From assembly GCA_039683575.1 (NCBI GenBank), contig JBDKRC010000051.1, forward strand, positions 1 to 22,763: a DNA stretch of 22,763 nt, written 5' to 3'. Origin of the DNA: Armatimonadia bacterium. GTDB lineage: Bacteria; Armatimonadota; Zipacnadia; Zipacnadales; UBA11051. The stretch's first letter is position 1, and each line of letters starts with the position of its first letter. The notes beneath the pieces were generated by a model. That model was not told the DNA's origin. It searched no databases and saw only the letters and a list, made by a program, of their open reading frames with translations. Shown here one piece after another: positions 1 through 7,979 of this stretch. A program made the position numbers and the translations under genes.

Positions 1-316
1 CAATCGTCGCGCTGCTCCCGATCTTCCAGGCGCTGGTCGTCACCCCATCCGACGCCTGCGCCCGCACCCGCCAAGTCTCCCCGATCTTCACCCTCGCCGC
101 CGGCAGCGTCTGCCCGGTGTAGCTCCAGCGATCCCAACTACCATCAGCCTTCTGCTTCGCCCAGTGGTAGCGGTACGTCATCGTCCGCCCAGCGGCGCAG
201 GTCGACCCAGTGGCGGTCCCCTGCAAGTCTTCCGGCCCGGGCGCGGTCGGCGCGATCGTCACGGCAGTCGGCGCGGTCGGGACCTGCGTATTTTAGGCAT
301 GGGCGGAGTCACCGTC
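1..316 (-). pseudogene. In-frame continuation of the beta-helix gene beyond TAG (317-319) and TAA (293-295)
   Basis: Manual translation in the same frame: NMG*DGDSAHA*NTQVPTAPTAVTIAPTAPGPEDLQGTATGSTCAAGRTMTYRYHWAKQKADGSWDRWSYTGQTLPAARVKIGETWRVRAQASDGVTTSAWKIGSSATI, open to the window edge. It resembles an Ig/FN3-like beta-sandwich module. Confidence 0.7.
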
Positions 317-2326
317 CTAGCCCATGTTCATCCGCCCGCCGTTAGGCGCCGGCTCGTTAGCAAAGGGCGAGGCAGGATCGCCGGCATCAATGCAGGGGCT
401 GGTCACGGTGTCATTCACCCACGCCGCGCCGTTCCAGTGCCCGGCTTGCGATCTGAGGTAGAACTTGCTCTGTGCAGCACTCACGAAGCATGGGTCGAGG
501 CAGATGTTGCCGTTCGTGCCGGTCTGGTCGGGCCAGTTCACATACTCGCCCCCGACGTTGCCATATACGTCGCTGTAGGTAATGACAGGCTGGCAGGGGT
601 TATCGGGGTAGAGGGTCACGTCCACGTACAGCCCTCCCCCGTTGCTGCTGAAGGCGATGATGCTGTTCTCGATGATCGGCCCTGACGACCCGACGCAGGA
701 CACGCCGCCGCCGTAGGTCGCGGTGTTGCCGCTGATGGTGTTGTTGGTCAGAAGCGGCGACGCGTAATTGAAGCAAAACACGCCGCCACCGTAGGTCGCG
801 GCATTGTCCGCAATAGTGTTGTTGTCCAAGGCTGGCGCGACGCGCTCATCGCAGAACACCCCGCCGCCGAAAGTCGCCGAGTTCCCGTTGACCGTGTTGC
901 CACTGAATCGGTTTGAGTAGGTTGCCCACTCAAACCCGGTGTACCTAACACCGCCGCCGCCGTACGCCGTGTTGTCGCTGATAGTGTTATTGGTCAAGGT
1001 CAAGGCGGAGCAGTCGCAGAACACACCGCCGCCACCATCGTACCACTCGGTACCGTTCGACGAGTTCCCACTGATGGTGTTGTTGCTGAGGGTCGCGGTG
1101 GTGGACGAGCACAGCAGGCCGCCGCCGCTGGCCGCTGAGTTGCCGCTGATGGTGTTGTCGCTCACGACTGAAGGGGCTAGTACGTCATCGCAGCGCACGC
1201 CGCCGCCATGGAGGAGTGCCGAATTACCCCTGATAGTGTTCGCAGTGATGGTGACTACGCTCCGCTGACAGTACACCCCGCCGGCCTCGCCTGTTGCCGA
1301 ATTGTCCTCTATGAGATTATTGGCAATGGTCGCTGAATTGCAGAACACGCCGCCGCCTCGGCCATAGTTGCTGATCGCCGTGTTGCCGCTGATGGTGTTG
1401 TCGGTCAGCGTGAGCGAATTCCCATAGCAGCACACCCCGGCCCCGGTATATGCCGAGTTGCCCGTGATGGTATTGTGGCTGATCACGGTCGAGTCCCAGC
1501 AGTGCACGCCGCCGCCGGAGGCGTCGCCGTTGACAGCGCGAACTGTGTTGTTGGTGATCGTGTTGTTGGTCAGGGTCGCCGCACCACCGCACCACACGCC
1601 GCCGCCACCGGCCGCGCCGTCCGGCGTGCTGGCCGTGTTGCGGGTAATGGTGTTGCCGGTCAGAATCGCATTATTGCAGTACACTCCGCCACCGTCGGTG
1701 GCGGAGTTGTCGCTGATCGTGTTACCCGTCAACGTCCCGCCCGAACAGCACACACCGCCGCCCTGGGCGTCCCCGACCGCTCTTCCGGCCGTGTTCCCGC
1801 TGATGATGTTGTTGGCCAGGGTCGGCGAGGAGCCACCAAGAAAAACGCCGCCGCCGCTGTAGCCCGCCGAGTTGCCGGTGATGATGTTGTTACGCACCGT
1901 TGGCGATGACGGGCCCTCGCAGTACACGCCGCCGCCCACGCTATTGGGCATGGCTCCGTTGGTAATGGTGAAGCCGGCGAGGACCGAGGCGTTCGTCTCA
2001 AAAGACCAAAAGGTAACCACTCTGCCCTTCTGGTCCCCGTCAATGATCGTGGCCGCCACCACCGCCGGGCTGGTCGGATTGCTGCTCTGTACGGTGATCG
2101 CCTTACCCTTGAAGTCTATGTTCTCTTTGTACCGGCCCGCGGCCACCACCACCACATCACCAGCGGCTGCGCCATCAATCCCCGCCTGAATGGTGGGATA
2201 GGCGTCCGAAGGAACGTTGAGAGTAGCTGCCCCGCCCCCCGAGGCAGCTACTAACGCCAGCCCAATCACCAGGGGCATCCACATAGCATAGGACTTGCGG
2301 TAGTGTCCGACAGCCATCGCCATCAC
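317..2326 (-). CDS. Secreted right-handed parallel beta-helix repeat protein; probably C-terminally truncated by a premature stop
   Basis: Signal-like N-terminus (MPLVIGLALVAASGGGAA), then VPSDAYPTIQAGID..GDVVVVAAGRYKENIDFKGKAITV. Many GGGVxC / NNTISGN repeats and the C-terminal SPCIDAGDP...GGRMNMG motif typical of this protein class. Start codon uncertain. Confidence 0.85.
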   Translation of the reverse strand: MMAMAVGHYRKSYAMWMPLVIGLALVAASGGGAATLNVPSDAYPTIQAGIDGAAAGDVVVVAAGRYKENIDFKGKAITVQSSNPTSPAVVAATIIDGDQKGRVVTFWSFETNASVLAGFTITNGAMPNSVGGGVYCEGPSSPTVRNNIITGNSAGYSGGGVFLGGSSPTLANNIISGNTAGRAVGDAQGGGVCCSGGTLTGNTISDNSATDGGGVYCNNAILTGNTITRNTASTPDGAAGGGGVWCGGAATLTNNTITNNTVRAVNGDASGGGVHCWDSTVISHNTITGNSAYTGAGVCCYGNSLTLTDNTISGNTAISNYGRGGGVFCNSATIANNLIEDNSATGEAGGVYCQRSVVTITANTIRGNSALLHGGGVRCDDVLAPSVVSDNTISGNSAASGGGLLCSSTTATLSNNTISGNSSNGTEWYDGGGGVFCDCSALTLTNNTISDNTAYGGGGVRYTGFEWATYSNRFSGNTVNGNSATFGGGVFCDERVAPALDNNTIADNAATYGGGVFCFNYASPLLTNNTISGNTATYGGGVSCVGSSGPIIENSIIAFSSNGGGLYVDVTLYPDNPCQPVITYSDVYGNVGGEYVNWPDQTGTNGNICLDPCFVSAAQSKFYLRSQAGHWNGAAWVNDTVTSPCIDAGDPASPFANEPAPNGGRMNMG

Positions 2327-2543
2327 ATCGCTCTCTTCTTCTCACCGGTGGCCAACTGGCCCTGTCGCCGCCTGATTACCCGATGTCTGGTCTAGTTTCG
2401 TCTACCTATCCGCAATACCTTCGCGTGGTGTCCCCATTCCGGCCGCCCCGTCAGAACCTCGCCTTCATCCTCCCCATCCTTCCATCCTTACATCCTGTCA
2501 ATCCCGCCGTCCATCCTGCCCATCCTGTCCTCCGCTCCCCTCT

Positions 2544-2572
2544 TTGACATCCCCCTCCCCCCGATGTTAAAT
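2544..2572 (+). promoter_or_regulatory. Putative sigma70-type promoter for the 2612-5230 gene
   Basis: TTGACA (2544-2549), 17 nt, TTAAAT (2567-2572), about 40 nt upstream of the likely ATG at 2612. Confidence 0.45.
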
Positions 2573-2611
2573 ACATACCGTCACCCAACCACAGCCCGCG
2601 AGGACCTCAAC

Positions 2612-5230
2612 ATGCGCGTCGCTCTGCCCCTCCTTCTTCTGGCCCTCATCCCTGCCTCGTTAGCCGCCACACCCGTCAACTTCGGCCTCTGGAACGACCC
2701 CGCCCTTGCCCAGTGGTCGCCCACCAATCCCGCCAGCCTTGTCCCCCTGCTGACCACTCCCGACACGCAGGTCGTCACCATCTCAACCGCTGACCTGCTC
2801 GACCCTGCGACCCTCTCGGCTGACGGCATGGCCTGCCTCGTCATACCATACGCCGCCTACCCCGCCGCTGGCCGCGAGGCGCTGGACCGCTTTCTCAAAG
2901 CCGGTGGCGACCTGATGCTGTTGGGTGGCGACGCCTTCGCCCAACCACTCTACCGCGTCGGCGATCGTTGGCTCCCCCTCGCTAGCTTCGGCCCTGTTCA
3001 GCAACAAGTGACCGGCCCACAACAATGGGACCTCAGCCACAAGGGCGACACCGACCAGATGACCGTGACCGGCGAGGGCACTGCCGCCAAACCATACGTC
3101 TTCACAACCGAAAACCTCGTCGCCTTCCAGTACGCCGGCCTCTCCCCCACCCTCGCCCCCCAAACCGCCGGCTTGGTCTTCGAAGCCCGTGGCGGCCCCT
3201 CTACGGCCCTGATCTGCCTCGAAGCCCGCGAACAGGACGGCTCGCGGTGGAAGCAGGTTGTGCCGCTCGAGAGCAACTGGCGCGAGGTCCGCATCCACCT
3301 CGCCAGTTTCTGCGCCTATGCCAGCAAGGACCGCGGCAAGCCCGGCGACTACCTGCACCCCGAGAAGCTCAGCAGCCTCTACTTCGGCCTCGTCAAGAGC
3401 ATGGTCACCGGCGGCCAGCAGCGCCTCGAGATCCGCAACCTGCGCTTCGAGCAAGCCGCCGTCAGCCCCGCAGCCGCAACGGCTGCGGGCATTCCACTGC
3501 CCGGTCGCGCTCTGGTCGAGAAGACCCTCGGTGAGGCAGTGGTACCCGGCCCCGCAGGCCGTTGGCCCAGGCTCTTCGGCGACCTGCTGGAAGGGCCGCT
3601 CGACCTTGAGACCGCCCCGGATCAGCCGCTCCTCCTTCAGCCCGTCAGGCTAAGAGTCACAGGGGCTCAGGCGGTTCAGGCAGCACCGACATATGGCAAC
3701 GCGCGCCTCTTCCCCGAGGCCAACCTGCCCGTCCGCTTCATGCCCATCATCACGGCACCGACCCGCCCCCGGCAGACTCCCCTGGCAGCGATTACAGCCC
3801 ACCTGGGCGGGCCTCAGGCGGGCAGCCTGCAGTTCGCCCTGGGCCTGCCTCATACGGACCTCGCCGCGCCCCAAACCGCTCCCCTGCGCGACCTGATCAA
3901 GTCCGTCGCCCACCTCATGGCCACTGGCGCATTTCTTGGTCAGGCCGCGCCACGATTCGTACCGACCAACGAGCGACTGGAGGCGGTCGTCTTCGAGCAG
4001 CCCGTCTACCAGCGCCAGATCGCGGAAGCACCGCTACAACTGCGTACAGAGCTTCTGAGCCGCTTCTACCCGAAACCGATGGCCCGCACCGTCCCAGTCC
4101 CGGCCGCTGAGGGCAAGGTGACCAGTGTTGAGTGCTGGAGCCGGCTGAAGGCGTTTGACTGGCGAAACTTCACTCACGACGTAAGCCTCATTCGGGGCTC
4201 AAGGGTGGTGGATGAGGCGGTGTGGCGGGTGGATGCTAAACAGGCTCTGAGGGACCTCTGCGACTTCCTGGCGGCCTCTGGGGCTGATGACGGGAAGTTC
4301 AGCAAGGTCTACTTCATCGACAGCCGCGGGGCACGGACGCTGCTGGCCGGGTATGAGATATTCCAGGAAAAGAGCTATCGGATCGGCGCGATCAAGTGGG
4401 CCAAGGCCATGATCGCCGAGCAGCGGCCGGATGGGGGGTACCGGATGGGATATGGCATCACCAGTCGGGGGGAGGAGTGCTATGTGGCGGACGGCGGGGA
4501 GATCGCGCTGGGCATGGCGCGGGTGGCGGCCTATGCGGACGCAAAGGACCGCAGAGCCATCCAGGAGAGCCTCAGAGCCTATTTCCGCTATCGCGAAGAC
4601 TTCCGCTGTGAGGGCGGTGGAATCGGGGTTGGGTGGTGTCTTACAGACTATGGTAGCCGTCCGCTGCAACCCGGCGGCCTGAAGGAACCAAAACGCATCA
4701 TGGCCCCCGAGTTGAACACCTATACCATAACCTGCACCCTGGGCGCGGCATGGACCTATGCGACGATGATGAACAATGAAGCAGAAAGGCAGGCTACGGT
4801 GCGGGATGAGGAGTGGCTCAGGCCGCGGATCAAGAGCCTCGGCGGGGCGGCAGCGGAGAGCTACATGCTGGCCCACCTGCTGGCCCCGAACGAGGGAATG
4901 AGGAAGACCTACGCGGAGGTGCTGAAGAGCAAGTTCATTGACAACATGGTGGGCCAGGAAACGGCGTGGTGGCTCTCTGGGGGCGGCAGGAGCGCTTTGA
5001 ACCTCGCGGTGCTGGCATATTACCAGGCCCAACTGGGCCCCGACCCGCGGGTGGAGGCACAGATGGCACGGGCGACGGGAGCGATGGCCGCGCGGCAGTC
5101 GCCAACGTCGATCTACCACCTGCTTGGCAGGACGGATTTGAACCATGATGAGTGGCTCTACCTGTGCTTTGGTGGGCTGGGATTGGCCGAGGTAGTGGAG
5201 CCGGGAGTGACGCTGAAGAGGATGGATTAG
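2612..5230 (+). CDS. Large secreted hypothetical protein with a carbohydrate-binding-like central domain and a helical C-terminal domain (possible glycan-active enzyme)
   Basis: Long ORF with GC-biased codons. Likely start ATG 2612 (GAGGA upstream; MRVALPLLLLALIPASLAA is a signal peptide). The segment FEARG..LEAREQDGSRW..VPLESNWREVRIHLASF resembles CBM11/CIA30-like beta-sandwiches. Confidence 0.75.
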   Translation: MRVALPLLLLALIPASLAATPVNFGLWNDPALAQWSPTNPASLVPLLTTPDTQVVTISTADLLDPATLSADGMACLVIPYAAYPAAGREALDRFLKAGGDLMLLGGDAFAQPLYRVGDRWLPLASFGPVQQQVTGPQQWDLSHKGDTDQMTVTGEGTAAKPYVFTTENLVAFQYAGLSPTLAPQTAGLVFEARGGPSTALICLEAREQDGSRWKQVVPLESNWREVRIHLASFCAYASKDRGKPGDYLHPEKLSSLYFGLVKSMVTGGQQRLEIRNLRFEQAAVSPAAATAAGIPLPGRALVEKTLGEAVVPGPAGRWPRLFGDLLEGPLDLETAPDQPLLLQPVRLRVTGAQAVQAAPTYGNARLFPEANLPVRFMPIITAPTRPRQTPLAAITAHLGGPQAGSLQFALGLPHTDLAAPQTAPLRDLIKSVAHLMATGAFLGQAAPRFVPTNERLEAVVFEQPVYQRQIAEAPLQLRTELLSRFYPKPMARTVPVPAAEGKVTSVECWSRLKAFDWRNFTHDVSLIRGSRVVDEAVWRVDAKQALRDLCDFLAASGADDGKFSKVYFIDSRGARTLLAGYEIFQEKSYRIGAIKWAKAMIAEQRPDGGYRMGYGITSRGEECYVADGGEIALGMARVAAYADAKDRRAIQESLRAYFRYREDFRCEGGGIGVGWCLTDYGSRPLQPGGLKEPKRIMAPELNTYTITCTLGAAWTYATMMNNEAERQATVRDEEWLRPRIKSLGGAAAESYMLAHLLAPNEGMRKTYAEVLKSKFIDNMVGQETAWWLSGGGRSALNLAVLAYYQAQLGPDPRVEAQMARATGAMAARQSPTSIYHLLGRTDLNHDEWLYLCFGGLGLAEVVEPGVTLKRMD

Positions 5231-5718
5231 GTGACAAGGTATCGGCGAGTCGGGAAGGGAACTCTGGTGCGTGAGGGGGGCGCCAAGCTGCACAAAACCG
5301 AAAAATGGTGCGACCGGATTCGGCGCTGTGTGGCTCTCAGGCCCTGCTGCGTCCAGCAGAGCAACGGATTAGCTTAGAACGGCTCTCAGGGGCCTCTACG
5401 GGGCTCTGAGCGGAATCGGGTGTCAGAACGAATCCAGACGGTGGATTCCAGCCGTTTCAGGGCAGGGCAAAACAGCCGCTACTGGGCTCTGAAGGGCTGC
5501 TACGGCGATTTGGAGGATTGGAGCAGTTGCGAATCGCTCTGTAAGCCACGTAGAGGCCCTTTTCCGGCGTTTTCGGCATATGAGCAAGTGTCGGGTGACG
5601 CGGAACGGAGTCTACGCTCACCGAGGAGAGGCGCGGGATCATGTGGAGCGGCAGCCGACCATCATAGTGACAATCAACACAGTAGTCTATCGTGCCATCG
5701 GAAGGACCTTAGCAATCC

Positions 5719-6803
5719 GCCCCTTCGGGGCTCAAGATGAGATGCACTTGGTACCAGGGCCTTGCGGCCCTGGCTAGATGCCGGGCGGCCCTTCGGGCCT
5801 AACGACAACAGAAACGTCAACGACACAGGCAGCGACGACGAAGACGGCAACGCCTCAACGACCGACGGCTCGACCGCGTTGGGATCGAGCACGATCCGAA
5901 GTTGCTGTGGCGGTGAGGCTGCCGCCCCTTCGGGGCTCAATGTGAGATGCGCTTGGGACCAGGGCCTTGCGGCCCTGGCTAGATGCCGGACGGCCCTTCG
6001 GGCCTAACGACCACAGAGACGTCAACGACGCAGGCAGCGACGACGAAGACGGCAACGCCTCAACGACCGACGGCTTGACCGCCTTGGGATCGAGTACGAT
6101 CCGAAGTTGCTGTGGCGGTGAGGCTACCGCCCCTTCGGGGCTCAAGATGAGATGCGCTTGGGACCAGGGCCTTGCGGCCCTGGCTAGATGCCGGACGGCC
6201 CTTCGGGCCTAACGACAACAGAGACGTCAACGACACAGGCAGCGACGACGACAACGCCTCAACGACCGACGGCTTGACCGCGTTGGGATCGAGTACGATC
6301 CGGAGTTGCTGTGGCGATGAGGCTACCGCCCCTTCGGGGCTCAATGTGAGATGCGCTTGGGACCAGGGCCTTGCGGCCCTGGCTAGATGCCGGGCGGCCC
6401 TTCGGGCCTAACGACAACAGAAACGTCAACGACACAGGCAGCGACGACGAAGACGGCAACGGCTTGACCGCGTTGGGATCGAGTACGATCCGAAGTTGCT
6501 GTGGCGGTGAGGCTGCCGCCCCTTCGGGGCTCAAGATGAGATGCACTTGGTACCAGGGCCTTGCGGCCCTGGCTAGGTGCCGGGCGGCCCTTCGGGCCTA
6601 ACGACCACAGAGACGTCAATGACATAGGCAGCGACGACGAAGACGGCAACGCCTCAACGACCGACGGCTTGACCGCGTTGGGATCGAGCACGATCCGGAG
6701 TTGCTGTGGCGGTGAGGCTACCGCCCCTTCGGGGCTCAAGATGGGTAGTGCCCGGTACCAGGGCCTTGCGGCCCTGGCTAGGTGCCGGGCGGCCCTTCGG
6801 GCC
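5719..6803 (+). repeat. Tandem array of ~205-bp units (three-hairpin REP-like cassette + linker + copy of tnpA 3' end), six cassettes
   Basis: GCCCCTTCGGGGC starts at 5719, 5924, 6129, 6328, 6518 and 6723 (periods 205, 205, 199, 190, 205). Each is followed by CCAGGGCCTTGCGGCCCTGGCTAG and GGCCCTTCGGGCC. Confidence 0.97.
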
Positions 6804-6815
6804 TAACGACAACAG

Positions 6816-6938
6816 AGACGGCAACGACCCGACGGCAACGACCCGACGGCAACGGCCTGACGACAACGGCCCGACGGCAACGGCCTGACGACAACGGCTT
6901 GACGGCAACGGCTTGACGGCAACGGCTTGACGGCCTGA
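6816..6938 (+). repeat. Degenerate 14/17-bp minisatellite (GACGGCAACGGCTT-like)
   Basis: Repeated GACGGCAACGACCC / GACGGCAACGGCCT / GACGACAACGGCTT / GACGGCAACGGCTT units directly after the sixth cassette. Confidence 0.9.
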
Positions 6939-6975
6939 GGAGAATGTCCGCAAGCACTGTATTGCATGCTCTGCT

Positions 6976-7056
6976 GGCCCGAAGGGCCAGAAGGAATCTA
7001 GCCAGGGCCGCAAGGCCCTGGAACCGGGGGGCCACTAGCTTGAGCCCCGAAGGGGC
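6976..7056 (-). repeat. Inverted copy of the three-hairpin cassette immediately upstream of tnpA (left-end-like)
   Basis: GGCCCGAAGGGCC (6976-6988), CTAGCCAGGGCCGCAAGGCCCTGG (6998-7021) and GCCCCGAAGGGGC (7044-7056) are exact reverse complements of the array hairpins, with the same 13 and 22 nt spacing. Confidence 0.95.
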
Positions 7057-7064
7057 GACAGCGA

Positions 7065-7517
7065 ATGGCAGGTACCTTTGTCGCGATATATTGCCACGTG
7101 GTGTTCAGCACCAAGCACCGACAGCCTTTCATACGTGAGGACATACGGCCCCGCGTTCATCATTACATCGGCGGTATTGTCCGCGCTCAGAAGAGCCAGA
7201 ATGTCGTCATCGGCGGCACCGAAGACCACGTGCACATTCTGATGGGCCTGAACAAGCAGGTGGGGTTGTCAGACGCAGTGGCTGAGATCAAGGCCAATTC
7301 GTCACGGTGGATTCACGAGACGTTTGTCGATCTACGCGAATTCGCGTGGCAACCGGGATACGGTGCGTATAGTGTGCATCCAGATGGGCTCGAGAAGACA
7401 AGGCGGTACATTGAGGGTCAGGAGAGCCACCACCGGGAGATTGGCTTCGAAGAGGAGTTCCGGCAATTGCTTGACCGGCTTGGGATAGAGTACGATCCGA
7501 AGTTGCTGTGGCGGTGA
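7065..7517 (+). CDS. tnpA: IS200/IS605-family Y1 HUH transposase (TnpA; REP-associated / RAYT-like context)
   Basis: 150 aa. N-terminal HVVFSTKHR, HUH motif EDHVHIL (H55, H57), EIKANSSRWI, FAWQPGYGAYSV and catalytic YxxxQ (YIEGQ, Y115). No tnpB downstream. Confidence 0.95.
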   Translation: MAGTFVAIYCHVVFSTKHRQPFIREDIRPRVHHYIGGIVRAQKSQNVVIGGTEDHVHILMGLNKQVGLSDAVAEIKANSSRWIHETFVDLREFAWQPGYGAYSVHPDGLEKTRRYIEGQESHHREIGFEEEFRQLLDRLGIEYDPKLLWR

Positions 7518-7524
7518 GGCTGCC

Positions 7525-7810
7525 GCCCCTTCGGGGCTCAAGATGAGTAGTGCCCGGTACCAGGGCCTTGCGGCCCTGGCTAGATGCCGATCGGCCCTTC
7601 GGGCCTAACGACAACAGAGACGTCAACGACACAGGCAGCGACGACGAAGACGGCAACGCCTCAACGACCGACGACTCGACCGCGTTGGGACAGAGTACGA
7701 TCCGGAGTTCCTGTGGCGGTGAGGCTGCCGCCCCTTCGGGGCTCAAGATGAGATGCGCTTGGGACCAGGGCCTTGCGGCCCTGGCTAGATGCCGGGCGGC
7801 CCTTCGGGCC
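7525..7810 (+). repeat. Two further cassettes of the 205-bp array downstream of tnpA
   Basis: Cassettes at 7525 and 7730 (period 205), with the same linker and tnpA-tail copy between them. Confidence 0.97.
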
Positions 7811-7830
7811 TAACGACAACGGCAACAACC

Positions 7831-7907
7831 AACGGCTTGGCGACGAACGGCCAACGACGAACGGCCAACGACGAACGGCCAACGACGAGCGGCCAACGAC
7901 GAACGGC
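7831..7907 (+). repeat. 14-bp minisatellite (AACGACGAACGGCC)n, about 5 copies
   Basis: CGACGAACGGCCAA repeated tandemly right after the last cassette. Confidence 0.9.
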
Positions 7908-7979
7908 GTTGGGTGCTGCTTCAGTATCCATACAGGCGAACCAGAACACCGAACACGCTTTGCATGAGGAGAATCTTAC

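Larger units (their letters stand above)
6976..7605 (+). mobile_element. tnpA bracketed by inverted three-hairpin cassettes (IS200-like / REPtron-like unit)
   Basis: Inverted cassette ends 8 nt before the ATG; direct cassette begins 7 nt after the TGA (7525). The true element ends are not determinable from this window. Confidence 0.7.

Noticed and set aside
293-319. Stop-codon reassignment or pyrrolysine/selenocysteine readthrough
   Set aside because: Two different stops (TAG and TAA) would both need readthrough, and other genes in the window terminate normally at TAG, TAA and TGA.
5674-7035. Repeated 60-120 aa ORFs (MRPWLDAGRPF..., MSPEGA...) as a peptide or toxin array
   Set aside because: They start at TTG codons within or beside the hairpins and lack an RBS. 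The unit length is not a multiple of 3. They are by-products of the DNA repeat.
5719-7810. CRISPR array
   Set aside because: Units are ~205 bp, the intervening sequences are near-identical rather than unique spacers, and there are no cas genes in the window.
5719-7810. OMEGA (TnpB/IscB) omega-RNA guide array
   Set aside because: The gene-3'-end + right-end + flank layout is reminiscent, but the gene is TnpA, no RuvC nuclease is present, and the would-be guide flanks are essentially the same in each unit.
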